From: a virus
Lineage: Duplodnaviria; Caudoviricetes
Virus record (IMG/VR): IMGVR_UViG_3300025016_000004
DNA length: 64,000 nt
Reading direction: 5' to 3' (one strand)
Part shown: positions 1 through 11,185 of the stretch, one piece after another
How positions within the stretch are numbered: position 1 is the first letter of the stretch
Layout: the number at the start of each line of letters is the position of its first letter
The notes under the pieces: model-generated
What the model saw: the letters and a program-made list of their open reading frames with translations, nothing else
Database searches by the model: none
What the model was told of the DNA's origin: nothing
Program-made: the position numbers and the translations under genes

Positions 1-1
1 A

Positions 2-811
2 GAAGATTTAGTTTCTAAAGTGGTGATGTTCATAACCAATAACCCTAATCCGTATAGCAATAGTAGTGCTAATGACATTGATTGGATTGAAAGGGTTAAA
101 ATTCAATCAATAATTCAGAAATATACAACCCATTCAATTAGTTCAACAATTAATTTACCTACTGATGTAACTAAAGAGGAAGTTTCTGAAATTTACATCA
201 AAGCTTGGGATATGAATTTGAAGGGTGTTACTATTTATCGTGATGGTTGTAGAACTGGAGTTTTAGTTACTAAAACTGACCCTAAAGAAGATGAAATTGT
301 TTATACAGACGCACCAAAAAGACCTGAAAAATTAGAATGTGAAATTTATCATTCTAAAGTAAAAGGTAAAATTTATACAGTAATAATTGGATTATTAAAA
401 GGTAAAGTTTATGAAGTATTTGCTAGTGATGAAGAAATTGGTAAAGGTTATACTGAAGCTTATAATAAGAAAATTAAATCTGGTCATTATAGTCTTATAA
501 CTAGAGGTACTGAAGAAATGATTTATGATAATATCGGTAGCAATATGACTGATGAAGAAGAGATGTTCACAAGAGGGTTATCAGCTGCATTAAGACATGG
601 TATGCATGTTAAATTCGCTGTTGAAATGTGTAACAATGGGAAGGGTGATATCACTTCATTTACAAAGGTTATTGCTAGAACTCTTAAGAGATATATTGAG
701 GATGGAACTTCTTCATCTAAAAAATGTCTTGATTGCGGTGCAGAAAATAGTATTATTTATGAAGAAGGTTGTCAGCGATGTAAAATCTGTGGTAGTTCTA
801 AATGTGGTTAA
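2..811 (+). CDS. nrdJ: Class II (B12-dependent) ribonucleotide reductase, C-terminal part; 5'-truncated by window edge
   Basis: Frame is open from the window start. Contains HSISSTINLP and KGVTIYRDGCRTGVL, a TSCPD-like region and terminal Zn-ribbon CLDCG..EEGCQRCKICGSSKCG typical of Bacteroidota NrdJ. Confidence 0.92.
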   Translation, partial: EDLVSKVVMFITNNPNPYSNSSANDIDWIERVKIQSIIQKYTTHSISSTINLPTDVTKEEVSEIYIKAWDMNLKGVTIYRDGCRTGVLVTKTDPKEDEIVYTDAPKRPEKLECEIYHSKVKGKIYTVIIGLLKGKVYEVFASDEEIGKGYTEAYNKKIKSGHYSLITRGTEEMIYDNIGSNMTDEEEMFTRGLSAALRHGMHVKFAVEMCNNGKGDITSFTKVIARTLKRYIEDGTSSSKKCLDCGAENSIIYEEGCQRCKICGSSKCG

Positions 812-847
812 TTTTTAACAGCTTCCCTTATCATTTATGTTAAGGCC

Positions 848-892
848 AAGAGGTGTAAGTCATATAGAATTAGACTTACACCTCTTTTTTTT
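848..892 (+). terminator. Rho-independent terminator after nrdJ
   Basis: Perfect 14-bp stem AAGAGGTGTAAGTC (848-861) / GACTTACACCTCTT (873-886) followed by a T run. Confidence 0.85.
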
Positions 893-934
893 GTTTAAAA
901 CTTTACTTTTAGATATTTATTAGTAAATAAAGTC

Positions 935-1318
935 ATGGCAAATAAGAGTATTAATATTAACTTCCCCTTTAAAGATAGTCCAAAAGGGTTCTTTTTAGAT
1001 TTAAATACCGTTGATAATAAAGCAATCAAGGCTGATTTATTACATTTAATTCTAACCAATAAGGGTGAACGTTTATATTTACCTGATTTTGGAACCAATT
1101 TAAGAAAATATTTATTTAATCCTTATGATGGAATTACTGAAAGTGAGATAAAATCTGAAATTAGTGAAGCCATTAAAAAATACATTCCTAATTTGAAAGT
1201 AAATTCAATAACTTTCGAAGAAGCACCTCAAAGTCAATATGGTGCTGTAGTTAAATTAGAGTACACTATCACTGAAGATGTATTCGAAACTCGTGACATG
1301 ATTATTATTCAGTTATAA
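935..1318 (+). CDS. Baseplate wedge subunit, gp25/GPW-like
   Basis: LHLILTNKGERLYLPDFGTNLRKYLFNP motif; 127 aa; lies just upstream of a baseplate J/gp6-like gene. Confidence 0.88.
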   Translation: MANKSININFPFKDSPKGFFLDLNTVDNKAIKADLLHLILTNKGERLYLPDFGTNLRKYLFNPYDGITESEIKSEISEAIKKYIPNLKVNSITFEEAPQSQYGAVVKLEYTITEDVFETRDMIIIQL

Positions 1319-2930
1319 TTTCATATTTTAAATTACCAGAATCGTAAATCCTATATAAACCTAATTTTTGTGTAATCTCATTTTCTGTTAAGTTTGAATC
1401 ATAACCCATTTTAACTAATTTATGTTTTTGATATTTAAATCTATTCTCTCTTATTTTTAAAACATCATTAAATAATGTGTAATTAGGTAACGAAGCATGT
1501 TTAAATTCAAACCCTAAATTTTTATATAAATTACCAGAACTCCACCTTCTATCAGCATAGGATATAATTGATTTGGGTTTATAAGTTTTAACAAAGTATT
1601 TAAATAACTTACTAGCACCACCAATGACTGTAGTATCTAATTTATTACAAAATCTAATTAATTCCCACTCAGAGTTACCAAATATTTTTCTTTTACCAAA
1701 AGTCATTAGACTAATTAACTCATCATCATAATATAACCCTAATTTAATTTTAGAATTAACATTACCTTGAATATGGTTATTATCTAAAAATATCTTACTT
1801 GTTTTACTATCTATTAATTTTACAATAGTGTTTCTACCATAAATTCTATTCTTACTTAATCCCAATAAATTTTTCAATCTTGATTTAACAATTTCTTTTT
1901 TATAAACCCATTCATCTTCGAATAGGTGAATTAATTGAATACCTTTAGATTCACATAATTTAGTTTTATTTAAGTGATATTTTTTATCTTTATATATTTC
2001 TGAATGCCAATACAACCCATTAATTTCAATACCTATTTTTTTAGATGGTATGTAAATATCTAATTCTTTACCACCCAATACAGACCTATCATTTTTAATA
2101 AAATTTAAATCAATTGATTTAATAAAATCAATAACTTCCATTTCAATTATTGATGTTGAATTGGTACACTTTTTACAACCATAGTTATTTATATGGTATA
2201 AGGGTGTTTCTTTTACTAATCCGTGAGTTTTACAAATAATATCAACTTCAGTGGTCAAATCAATATATTTTACTTTAGAATAATCATATTTATTACCATG
2301 AATTTTTTTAGCTTTAGTTATAAATGATTTAGTGTCAAATACTCTACCTAAACAACTTAAACAACCTTGACCTTTTGATAAATGATTATTCGGTAATATA
2401 TCAAACTCACCATGTTTAGGGCAAATAATTGTTATATTAGTTTTAGTGTCAACATATTTTACTTTAGAATAATCATATCTATCACCATGAATTTTTTTAG
2501 CTTTAGTTATAAAAATTTTGGTATCTAATTTAGCAGTTCCACCACAATATTTACACCCTTTACCTTTTATATGATTATCAGGTATTTGTTGAAATTCACC
2601 ATGTTTAGGACAAATTATTATAACTTTATTCTTATTTCCAGAGTATTTTACTTTAGAATAATTATATCTATCACCATGAATTTTTTTAGATTCATTTATA
2701 AATTCTTCATTTGTTTTTAATTGAGATAACCCAAATTCTATATTTTTACATTTTGGACAACCTTGATTTCTATTTAAATGGTGCACTGGGGTTTTATAAA
2801 ATTCACCATGTTTAGGGCAAACTATAATAACTTTATCATTATTTCTAACATACACTACTTTAGAATAATCATATCTATCACCATGAATTTTTTTAGATTC
2901 ATTTATAAATTTTTTAGTTGTTTTTTTCAT
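1305..2930 (-). mobile_element. Free-standing Hef-like homing endonuclease gene, antisense insertion
   Basis: Tandem KKIHGDRYDYSKVxY..IICPKHGEF..CxxC repeats; ELDIYIP..IGIEINGLYWHS nuclease motif; C-terminal GNAT-like region (ELIRFC..GGASKLF..SYADRRWS.GNLY). Confidence 0.75.
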
Positions 2931-3034
2931 ACCTATTTAAATATACCATAAATATACTAAAAAATAATTAAAAAACCTAATTTACTTTATTTTTTATAAA
3001 AATTATTTATCTTATATTTATAATAAAACAAATT

Positions 3035-4852
3035 ATGAGTAAAGGAATTGCATATTCAAGTAGAAATTTTGCTGATGTAAGAACAGAATTAATAGATTTT
3101 GTAAAACAATATTACCCTGATATTTTATCGGATTTCAATGATGCATCTATTGGTATGCTTTTAATTGAGTTAAATGCTGCGGTTAGTGACATGCTTTCAG
3201 TAAACACTGATAGAATGTTTCAGGAAACTCAAATTGACTACGCACAACAAAGAAGTTCAGTATTATCAATGGCTAGAACTTTTGGTCTTAAAATTCCAGC
3301 TAAAAGGCCATCTATAAGTATCGTAGATTTTTCAGTTACTGTTCCAGTACTTGGAGATTCATTTGATGTTAGATATGCGCCTTTAGTTAGAGTTGGCGCA
3401 CAAGTAGCTGGTGGTGGTAAAGTGTTTGAAACGATAGATGATATTGATTTCTCAAATCCTTTTACTACAGGTGGTTTACCTAATAGGTTAATAATACCTA
3501 ATTTAGATAGCAACAATAACATCACCAACTATACATTAACAAAAAGAGAAATAGTTTTAAATGGTATTACTAAAACATTTAAGAAAACAATTTCAACTTC
3601 GGATGTAGTACCTTTTTATGAATTGGTATTACCAGATAACGATATTTTATCAATTACTTCAATTATAACGAAAAATGGCACTTCATATTCAACTGAACCA
3701 ACCATTGATGAATTTTTAAATTTTGATAATAGATGGTTTGAAGTTGATGCTTTAGCTGAAGACACTAAATTTATTGAAGATGTAAATGCTAGTTCAGATA
3801 ATGCTGGTATTCGACCAGGTAAATGGGTTAGAATTACTAGAAAATTTATAAAAGAATATACAGACAATGGCTTTATAAAAATAATTTTTGGTGGTGGCAG
3901 TTCAGATGTGACATCCTTATCAGAATTTAATGTTAATGGTTCATTAACAGATAGAATAGGTGATTTCATCAATAACTTATCATTGGGTGAAACTCTTAAA
4001 GCTGGAACAACATTATTTGTGCAGTATAGAGTCGGTGGTGGCTCAAACACAAATTTAGGTTCTAACACAATCACTACAACTAATTTGATTAATATGTTTA
4101 TTAATGGGCCAATCGATGCAACCAACAATTCAGTTAGGCAATCATTAACAGTTAATAATCCAGTTCCAGCATTAGGTGGTAGAGATGAACCTACAGTTGA
4201 TGAAATTAGAAATTTAGTTAGATATAATTTCGCTTCACAAAATAGAGCGGTAACAATTAAAGATTATCAAGCTAGAGTTAGTCTTATGCCTGGTGAATTT
4301 GGTGTTCCTTTTAGAACTGGTGTCTTTGAAGAACAAAACAAGATATTAATTTATATTCTAGGTTTAGATGGTAGTAGTAAATTAACCAATTCATCAACTA
4401 GCACGTTAAAACAAAATATTTCCAATTATTTAGCTGATTATCGAATGTTGAATGATTATGTAGCCATTGCTGATGGCCAAATCGTTAATCTAGGGTTTGA
4501 ATTTGATTTATTGGTAGAAAAAGATTACCCACAATCACAAATCATTTCAAATGTAATTAATAATGTAAAAGATTTCATGGATATTAATAAACATCATATG
4601 GGTGAAAATATCTATTTGGGTCAATTGATTGAAAATGTAAATAATGTTGGTGGGGTAACCAACGTAATAGATATTAGAGTTTTTAACAAAGTAGGTGAAG
4701 GAAAATATTCAATGAATGAAATTGAACAACCTTATGTAGATACTACCACAAGACAAATTATGGTTTCAGATGAATACACATTATTCGGAAATCCTAAAAG
4801 TATGTTTGAAGTCCGTTTCCCAGAGAAAGATATCCGCATCCGTGTGAAGTAA
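3035..4852 (+). CDS. Baseplate wedge protein (T4 gp6 / baseplate J-like)
   Basis: SRNFADVRTELIDFVKQYYP..DFNDASIG; GGRDEPTVDEIRNLVRYNFASQNRAVTIKDY. Confidence 0.88.
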   Translation: MSKGIAYSSRNFADVRTELIDFVKQYYPDILSDFNDASIGMLLIELNAAVSDMLSVNTDRMFQETQIDYAQQRSSVLSMARTFGLKIPAKRPSISIVDFSVTVPVLGDSFDVRYAPLVRVGAQVAGGGKVFETIDDIDFSNPFTTGGLPNRLIIPNLDSNNNITNYTLTKREIVLNGITKTFKKTISTSDVVPFYELVLPDNDILSITSIITKNGTSYSTEPTIDEFLNFDNRWFEVDALAEDTKFIEDVNASSDNAGIRPGKWVRITRKFIKEYTDNGFIKIIFGGGSSDVTSLSEFNVNGSLTDRIGDFINNLSLGETLKAGTTLFVQYRVGGGSNTNLGSNTITTTNLINMFINGPIDATNNSVRQSLTVNNPVPALGGRDEPTVDEIRNLVRYNFASQNRAVTIKDYQARVSLMPGEFGVPFRTGVFEEQNKILIYILGLDGSSKLTNSSTSTLKQNISNYLADYRMLNDYVAIADGQIVNLGFEFDLLVEKDYPQSQIISNVINNVKDFMDINKHHMGENIYLGQLIENVNNVGGVTNVIDIRVFNKVGEGKYSMNEIEQPYVDTTTRQIMVSDEYTLFGNPKSMFEVRFPEKDIRIRVK

Positions 4853-4913
4853 TTTATTTCACACATGATAATTGTTTTTTATAAATTTTTGATATTTATT
4901 AATAAATAAAAAA

Positions 4914-5810
4914 ATGAAGTGTAGTGAATGTAGTAATAAAGTGCAAAAATTTGGCAAAGTTAATAATGAACAAAGATATTTTTGTGTTAAATGTAATAAA
5001 ACATTTTCAAAAAAATCAATTAAAAGGGAAGTAGAACGTAAAGAAAAATATGAAAGAATTAAAAAAATGTATATAGAAGATAATTTATCTACAATTGAAA
5101 TTGCTAAAATATTAGGTGTTAGTTCCACAGTACCACAGAGAATTATTAAAAAAATGGGAATATCTAAAACAATAAGTGAAGCTAAAAAAGGTAAGGTTAG
5201 AATAAGTAAATTACCAGCACAAAAAATAATCAATTTTTATTTAGATGGTGATTCATCAATAGAAATAAGTGAAAAATTAAATATATCTAAAAGGTCAGTA
5301 TTAAATATTTTAGAAAAACATGGAATTGAAAGAAATAATATTTATGAATATAAACATGATAAGATTGATGAAATTAAAAAATTATATTTAAATGGAAATT
5401 CAATGAATAAGGTTAGTGAAAAATTAAATATACCTTATACTACAATTAACACTAATTTACATAAATTGGGTATTGTAAGAACCGAGGATAAATTTAGAAT
5501 TGGTATTAATTATGAAGAATATTTAGAAGTATTACCAGCTTTTAAAAAATATAGAAGTGATGTTATGAAAATTACAAATAAACAAAAAATATATAAATTG
5601 GTTAATTTTGATAGAAGGGGTTTATGCGGTGTTGATGGTGTGTACCAATTAGACCATAAATTTTCAATTTTAGAAGGTTTTAAACAAGGTATTGAACCAG
5701 AAATTATTGGTGATATTAAAAATTTAGAATTTATTCCTTGGGAAGAAAATTTAAACAAAGGGTCAAAATGTTCAATAACGGAAAAAGAATTAAGAAAGGG
5801 AGTAAAATAA
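4914..5810 (+). mobile_element. Putative HNH homing endonuclease with Zn-ribbon and repeated HTH domains
   Basis: N-terminal CxxC..QRYFCxxC; three HTH-like repeats; C-terminal YQLDHKFS..NLEFIPWEENLNKG. Confidence 0.72.
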
Positions 5811-5816
5811 AAAGTT

Positions 5817-6143
5817 ATGGGATGTGGATGTAAAGGTGATAAAGTTTCACCACAAATAGAAAACGAAGAAAAAACTAAATTAACATTAGGTGGTCAATTA
5901 TTAAAAATACTAACCATAATTTTATTAAGTATTTTGATAATTGTGTTATCACCAATATTACTTATTATTTCTTGGTATATTGCATTTAGAGCGGTATTTA
6001 GTGATAATTTTAATATTGTAAATTTCATATTAAAGCATTTTACAATTCTCTATTCTGATAAAGAATTTAATAAAGATGATTTTAATGAGCAAGAATTTAA
6101 TGAAGACAATTATGAAATTGTTGGTGTAGATGTAATAAAATAA
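5817..6143 (+). CDS. Small putative membrane protein
   Basis: MGCGCKG start, long hydrophobic stretch and acidic tail; in the structural operon. Confidence 0.6.
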   Translation: MGCGCKGDKVSPQIENEEKTKLTLGGQLLKILTIILLSILIIVLSPILLIISWYIAFRAVFSDNFNIVNFILKHFTILYSDKEFNKDDFNEQEFNEDNYEIVGVDVIK

Positions 6144-6147
6144 ATAA

Positions 6148-9100
6148 ATGTCAAAAAATATAAGAATACGTACAACCCCTAATGGTGGTGATAACCATGT
6201 AAAAATTCAATTAAATCAAGATTTTGATTTTCTTGAAATTTTATCTTTAAAAATATCACAAGAAGATGTATACCGTAGTTTTTACTCAGACTATGGTGTT
6301 GTTGTTGGGCGTGTTATTATGAATAGTGGTGTTGGTGTACCTAATGCTAGAATTTCGATATTCATCCCACTTACAGATGATGATGCAGCCAACGAGCAAA
6401 TAGCTCAATTATATCCATATAAAGATTTACAAGATGTTAATTCTGATGGTATTAGATATAACACTTTACCTAAAGATGCTCAAGGTGAATGTCACGTACC
6501 TATTGGTACATTCCCAACAAAAAGAGAATTAGTTGATAATGAAGAGCTAATGTCTATTTATGAAAAATATTATAAATACACTACTACAACAAATGATGCT
6601 GGTGATTTTATGTTATTTGGAGTTCCAGTTGGAAATCATATTGTGAATGTTGATGTGGATTTATCTGATATTGGTATATTTTCTCAAAGACCTTATGATT
6701 TTATAGAGCAAGGAAATCCTGAACGTTTGTTTGATTCCCCAACTAAATTTAGAACTAATACAAATTTAAATAATTTAACGCAAATTAAAAATAGACAAGT
6801 AGGTATTAATGTAATACCATTTTGGGGTGAAAAGGAAAGTAATGAAGTTGGAATATCAAGAATTGATGTTGATTTAAATTATAATATTAAACCTAAAGCT
6901 ATTTTTATGGGCTCTATTTTTGGGGATAATGAAAAAAATAGTGTTAATAAAACTTGTACCCCTAGAAAAAAATTAGGTAGAATTTGTGAAATTAATGAAG
7001 GTGAAGGTTCAATTCAAATGTTAAGAAAAAATTTATTTGGACTTAATGAAAGATTTGATGTTGATGGCGGTAGGGTTATAAATGAAAATGGTAGTTGGGC
7101 TTATCAAATACCCATGAATTTAGATTATGTGGTTACCAATGAATTTGGTGATTTAGTAAAAACTGAAGATACAACTAGGGGAATTGCGACTAGAGCTAGT
7201 GTTCGTTTTAAAATAAATATGGATGAAACTGGTGACGAAGGGCGATTAAGGAGTAGGGCCAAATTTTTAGTACCTCACAACCCATCGACTACAAACGAAA
7301 TTGATTATTCTTTTGATGAATCAACTCCCGATACGCAATTTACTGATATATATTGGAATAAAATTTATACTGTTAAAAACTTCGTTTCTAGATTTCAAAG
7401 CAACGATAATAAACAAAATAGAAATTTTGTTGGTTTTAAAGATGTTGATAATTGTGTTGGGTCTAAATCACCATTACCATTTAATACAATAGATGGGGAT
7501 TGGAACCCATTGTTTGTTGTGTTATGTATTATTATTGAAATAATCGTAACTTTAGCTAGAATTCTAGCTATTGTTAAAAAAGTTAGGCTACCATGTGACG
7601 GCACTAACATTAGAATTAGGGCGAGCTCATCAAAGGGGGCTAGGCAATGGACAAAATGTACGAAATTAAACTTAGCTGAATCATTAAATGTTTATGAAAT
7701 GGATTTTTATAATGATTGGTTAAATGGGTCGTTATACGCCTATTTATTCAAATATAAACGTAAAAAAAGTGATGAAAAATTCTGTGGTGATGGAGATGGA
7801 GATGGAACTAATAAAGTAATAAATAGTAATTCATTTACGCATTATGCTTCACAGGGTGTACAATCAGCTAATGTCACAAAAGGGTTAATTGCTAGTTATG
7901 AAGGTGAATTATTTTATAAACCTATGTCACCAGAAGGTTGGAAATTATACCCAACTGATTTACATTTTTTAGGTTCAGTTTTTAATTGTGATTGGCAAGC
8001 TAAACCAAAAATTAACCAAAAATTAACTCCAACAACATATGAATTTCCAAGTTGGACAGATGTAAGTTTATTATTTGATTTAACTTGTCTTGGTGGAGTT
8101 AAAATCAATCAAAGAAATTCTATAAACATTAGAAGGATGTGTGAGATTGGGGTTGACATTAATGAAAATACTGATAATGAAATTAATGAAGAAGATTTGA
8201 AGGATGCGTTAGTTAGAAATCAATTAATGATATTAAATGATGATATTTTTAGAGGTTTAGATGTAACTCAAGTGGATTCATTGTTTACATCAAATGATTA
8301 TATAGATTATAGATTATATGATTCATCTAAAAGTCTATATCAATCTAATGGCAACTCATTTTATTATTATTTCGGTAGTAAGCCAAATAATACAGCACTT
8401 GATTTAATGAATTCAAGGTATTTCACTGATTGTACTAGAATAGTAAAAAGTAATATTACTATTTTAGGTGTTGTTACTAATGTATCAACAATTAATGGTA
8501 GTAATGGGTCTATTAATGTTACAGTAAATGGTGGTATACCTGATTATACTTATACATGGTATGATTTAGCTGGTCAAAGGGATGGGAATGGTCAATTATT
8601 ACCAATAAGTGTTTCAACTGAGTCACCAGACATCGCTAATTTAAGTGGTGGTACATATTATATTATAGTAACGGATGATAATGGTACTGGTACACAAGTT
8701 AAAAAAACCTTTATAGTTGAAAATCTTAAACCATTATCCGCTAATATAACAACTATTAATACGAATGCAGCAGGTGCATTCAATGGTAAAATAAAAATTC
8801 AATCAATTACGGGTGGTGTTAAACCTTATGATGTGGAAATAACAGGGCCAATATCAACTCCATTGATTTTTAATGACATTTCTTATTCATTATTAGTAGA
8901 AGGGTTAAGAGATGGCACATATATAGTTAAAATAACAGATAACACTGGAAGTGTAGTAACATATAGCGTAGTTATAAGTATACCTGATACAATATCAGTC
9001 AATTTAATATCAATATCTGACCCAAGTTGTATTGGTTTTGGTGATGGTAGTCTTGTAATTCAAATTAATGGTGGTACGCCAGATTTTAGTGTTCAACTTA

Positions 9101-9468
9101 CTGATGGAGTTTCAACATATCAACCTAATAATACAGGTGATACTATATATACATTTACTAACTTAACACCAAATCCCCAAACATTAACCGTGGTTGATTT
9201 ATATGGTCAAACATTAACTAGAAATTATACAATAAATGAACCTCTTGAATTAGTTTTAACTTGGGATAGTTTAGGTACAACTTCCAGACGATTTACACTT
9301 TCAAATACAATTATTGGTATAGAATATAATTTTGAAGACGATGGTGGTAATATTTTTGAAACAATAGTGGCTACTAGCAATACAATTGTTTTTACTAAAG
9401 TACCATTCACTAATGTAACGGGTGTACAAGCTATAAGTCAATATGGTTGTACAAGTAATATTTTATAA
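6148..9468 (+). CDS. Large baseplate/tail-associated protein with C-terminal SprB-like repeats
   Basis: 1106 aa. GRVIMNSGVGVPNARISIF beta-sandwich start; repeats such as NGSINVTVNGGIPDYTYTW and GSLVIQINGGTPDF; operon context. Confidence 0.65.
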   Translation: MSKNIRIRTTPNGGDNHVKIQLNQDFDFLEILSLKISQEDVYRSFYSDYGVVVGRVIMNSGVGVPNARISIFIPLTDDDAANEQIAQLYPYKDLQDVNSDGIRYNTLPKDAQGECHVPIGTFPTKRELVDNEELMSIYEKYYKYTTTTNDAGDFMLFGVPVGNHIVNVDVDLSDIGIFSQRPYDFIEQGNPERLFDSPTKFRTNTNLNNLTQIKNRQVGINVIPFWGEKESNEVGISRIDVDLNYNIKPKAIFMGSIFGDNEKNSVNKTCTPRKKLGRICEINEGEGSIQMLRKNLFGLNERFDVDGGRVINENGSWAYQIPMNLDYVVTNEFGDLVKTEDTTRGIATRASVRFKINMDETGDEGRLRSRAKFLVPHNPSTTNEIDYSFDESTPDTQFTDIYWNKIYTVKNFVSRFQSNDNKQNRNFVGFKDVDNCVGSKSPLPFNTIDGDWNPLFVVLCIIIEIIVTLARILAIVKKVRLPCDGTNIRIRASSSKGARQWTKCTKLNLAESLNVYEMDFYNDWLNGSLYAYLFKYKRKKSDEKFCGDGDGDGTNKVINSNSFTHYASQGVQSANVTKGLIASYEGELFYKPMSPEGWKLYPTDLHFLGSVFNCDWQAKPKINQKLTPTTYEFPSWTDVSLLFDLTCLGGVKINQRNSINIRRMCEIGVDINENTDNEINEEDLKDALVRNQLMILNDDIFRGLDVTQVDSLFTSNDYIDYRLYDSSKSLYQSNGNSFYYYFGSKPNNTALDLMNSRYFTDCTRIVKSNITILGVVTNVSTINGSNGSINVTVNGGIPDYTYTWYDLAGQRDGNGQLLPISVSTESPDIANLSGGTYYIIVTDDNGTGTQVKKTFIVENLKPLSANITTINTNAAGAFNGKIKIQSITGGVKPYDVEITGPISTPLIFNDISYSLLVEGLRDGTYIVKITDNTGSVVTYSVVISIPDTISVNLISISDPSCIGFGDGSLVIQINGGTPDFSVQLTDGVSTYQPNNTGDTIYTFTNLTPNPQTLTVVDLYGQTLTRNYTINEPLELVLTWDSLGTTSRRFTLSNTIIGIEYNFEDDGGNIFETIVATSNTIVFTKVPFTNVTGVQAISQYGCTSNIL

Positions 9469-9469
9469 T

Positions 9470-11185
9470 ATGGAAGATAAAAAATTTAGATTAAATAGTG
9501 CATCATCTCAATTGGCAGCCAATGAGGATATTTTTGATAAGATTAATATCGAATCAAAAAGTAATCCAATACCTGTTGGTGAAACCAATAAAGTAATAAA
9601 TTTAGGTGAACAATTTAATCAAGAAAGACAAAATTCTAAATTATATAGATTAACTGGTACATTTAATACCTTATTTACTAATGTTCTATTTAATACAACT
9701 GGGGCGAATAGTTGGACATCATTTAATAGTACTATTTTTAGGGATGGGACTTTTCCACCAGCAGCGATAATTTCATTAAATGATGTTGAAGATTTAACTT
9801 ATAAAGAAGCGGTTTCTAAATATCTAAAGGAAGAAAACGGTTGGTTTGGTTATTATAATCCAGACCCATCACAAACAACTTTATGTACTTGGGTTGATAT
9901 GGAGCCTAGACGAGAATTATTCTCAATGGCACCTAGAAGTGGAATTAAGAACTGGGAAGTCACGATAACTTACCCATCACCATTAGGTAATCGAGTTGGT
10001 GATTATAACCATCCAATTGTTAAAGATGGTGGTTTATTGTTAATCGATGTTTCTATCTCAATTATTGGTAATAGAAGTATGTTAACATTCGCAACACCAG
10101 TTAAACATAATTTAGTTCAAGGTGATAGTATTAAATTAAAAGGGTTAAGGTTAGCTAGTAATAGTGGTGCCTTAAGCCCTTATAATGGTGAATATAGTGT
10201 AATTAGATTAGGTAAAGATAATGGTGATGATATGAACTATTATTTTAGTGTCGATATTGGTGAATTGGTTTCAATAGATACTAATTCAAGAATGACTAGG
10301 TTAGTGAATGGTAACCCATCGGAATATTATTTTAGGGTTTTTAAAAAAATTAACACAAAAGTTGGTGTTATAGAAAATGACGATTATGAAATATATCCGT
10401 TAGCGTTTGGACAAACTATTTATGAAGATAAATCATATCAATTTGTATTTAATGAAGATATTGACATAACATCATTAACAGATAATAGAGGGAGGCCGTT
10501 AAGTGAAATATATATAACTATAATTAAAACAGATAGTGATAATATTTTCACATCCGTAAAATCAGGAGTTAAAATGCCATTTTTCACCGATAATAATGCG
10601 GGAATCTCTGATATAAATAGAATTACAAATAATTTGTCAACAACTCACAATCCTTTACCTGATTCAGATGGTGGTGTTGTAATAGATGATGAAAATTTTT
10701 ATGGTGATGTTGCTGAATATAATATATTAGGTTCCAAGGAAATTATTTTAGGTGAAGTCTACCACAGATTTAATTCAATAAAGAGAGAAATTAATGCGGC
10801 TATTGGCACCGACTCTTTAGGTGTTAGATATGAAGGTTATATGTATAAACCACACCATAAAATTAAAATAAGAGAATACTCAAATTATATTGAGCAAGGA
10901 ACTTATAATACTTTAGATAGGCCAACTTATTCAGATACTCTTGGTGATGGAAGATATTTTTGGAGAGACTTACTAGATATTGGGTTAAATGACACTAAAA
11001 AAACTTATTTAGACTACCCATTTTTAAATGGTTGTCATTACATAAATAGTTCAATTACATTACCGTTGTTTAGACAGGACCCATTTGGGTTTTATGGTTT
11101 GAGGTGGGATGGTTTTTCACCAGATAGACAAGGTATTTTAATGGAAGATAAATTAATAATTAAAACCTCACAAGATGTCTGTTAA
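9470..11185 (+). CDS. Putative structural (baseplate/tail) protein
   Basis: Long ORF; likely start is ATG 9470 directly after the upstream stop; coupled to the next gene. Confidence 0.6.
   Translation: MEDKKFRLNSASSQLAANEDIFDKINIESKSNPIPVGETNKVINLGEQFNQERQNSKLYRLTGTFNTLFTNVLFNTTGANSWTSFNSTIFRDGTFPPAAIISLNDVEDLTYKEAVSKYLKEENGWFGYYNPDPSQTTLCTWVDMEPRRELFSMAPRSGIKNWEVTITYPSPLGNRVGDYNHPIVKDGGLLLIDVSISIIGNRSMLTFATPVKHNLVQGDSIKLKGLRLASNSGALSPYNGEYSVIRLGKDNGDDMNYYFSVDIGELVSIDTNSRMTRLVNGNPSEYYFRVFKKINTKVGVIENDDYEIYPLAFGQTIYEDKSYQFVFNEDIDITSLTDNRGRPLSEIYITIIKTDSDNIFTSVKSGVKMPFFTDNNAGISDINRITNNLSTTHNPLPDSDGGVVIDDENFYGDVAEYNILGSKEIILGEVYHRFNSIKREINAAIGTDSLGVRYEGYMYKPHHKIKIREYSNYIEQGTYNTLDRPTYSDTLGDGRYFWRDLLDIGLNDTKKTYLDYPFLNGCHYINSSITLPLFRQDPFGFYGLRWDGFSPDRQGILMEDKLIIKTSQDVC

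Noticed and set aside
2-120. Possible intein C-terminus at the start of the nrdJ fragment (FITNN)
   Set aside because: The following NPYSNSSANDIDW matches ordinary NrdJ sequence, and there is no His/Gly-Asn plus Cys/Ser/Thr junction with an F block.
2260-2930. Repeated DNA blocks resembling a CRISPR array
   Set aside because: They are in-frame coding repeats of the endonuclease with degenerate third positions; no constant repeat with unique spacers.
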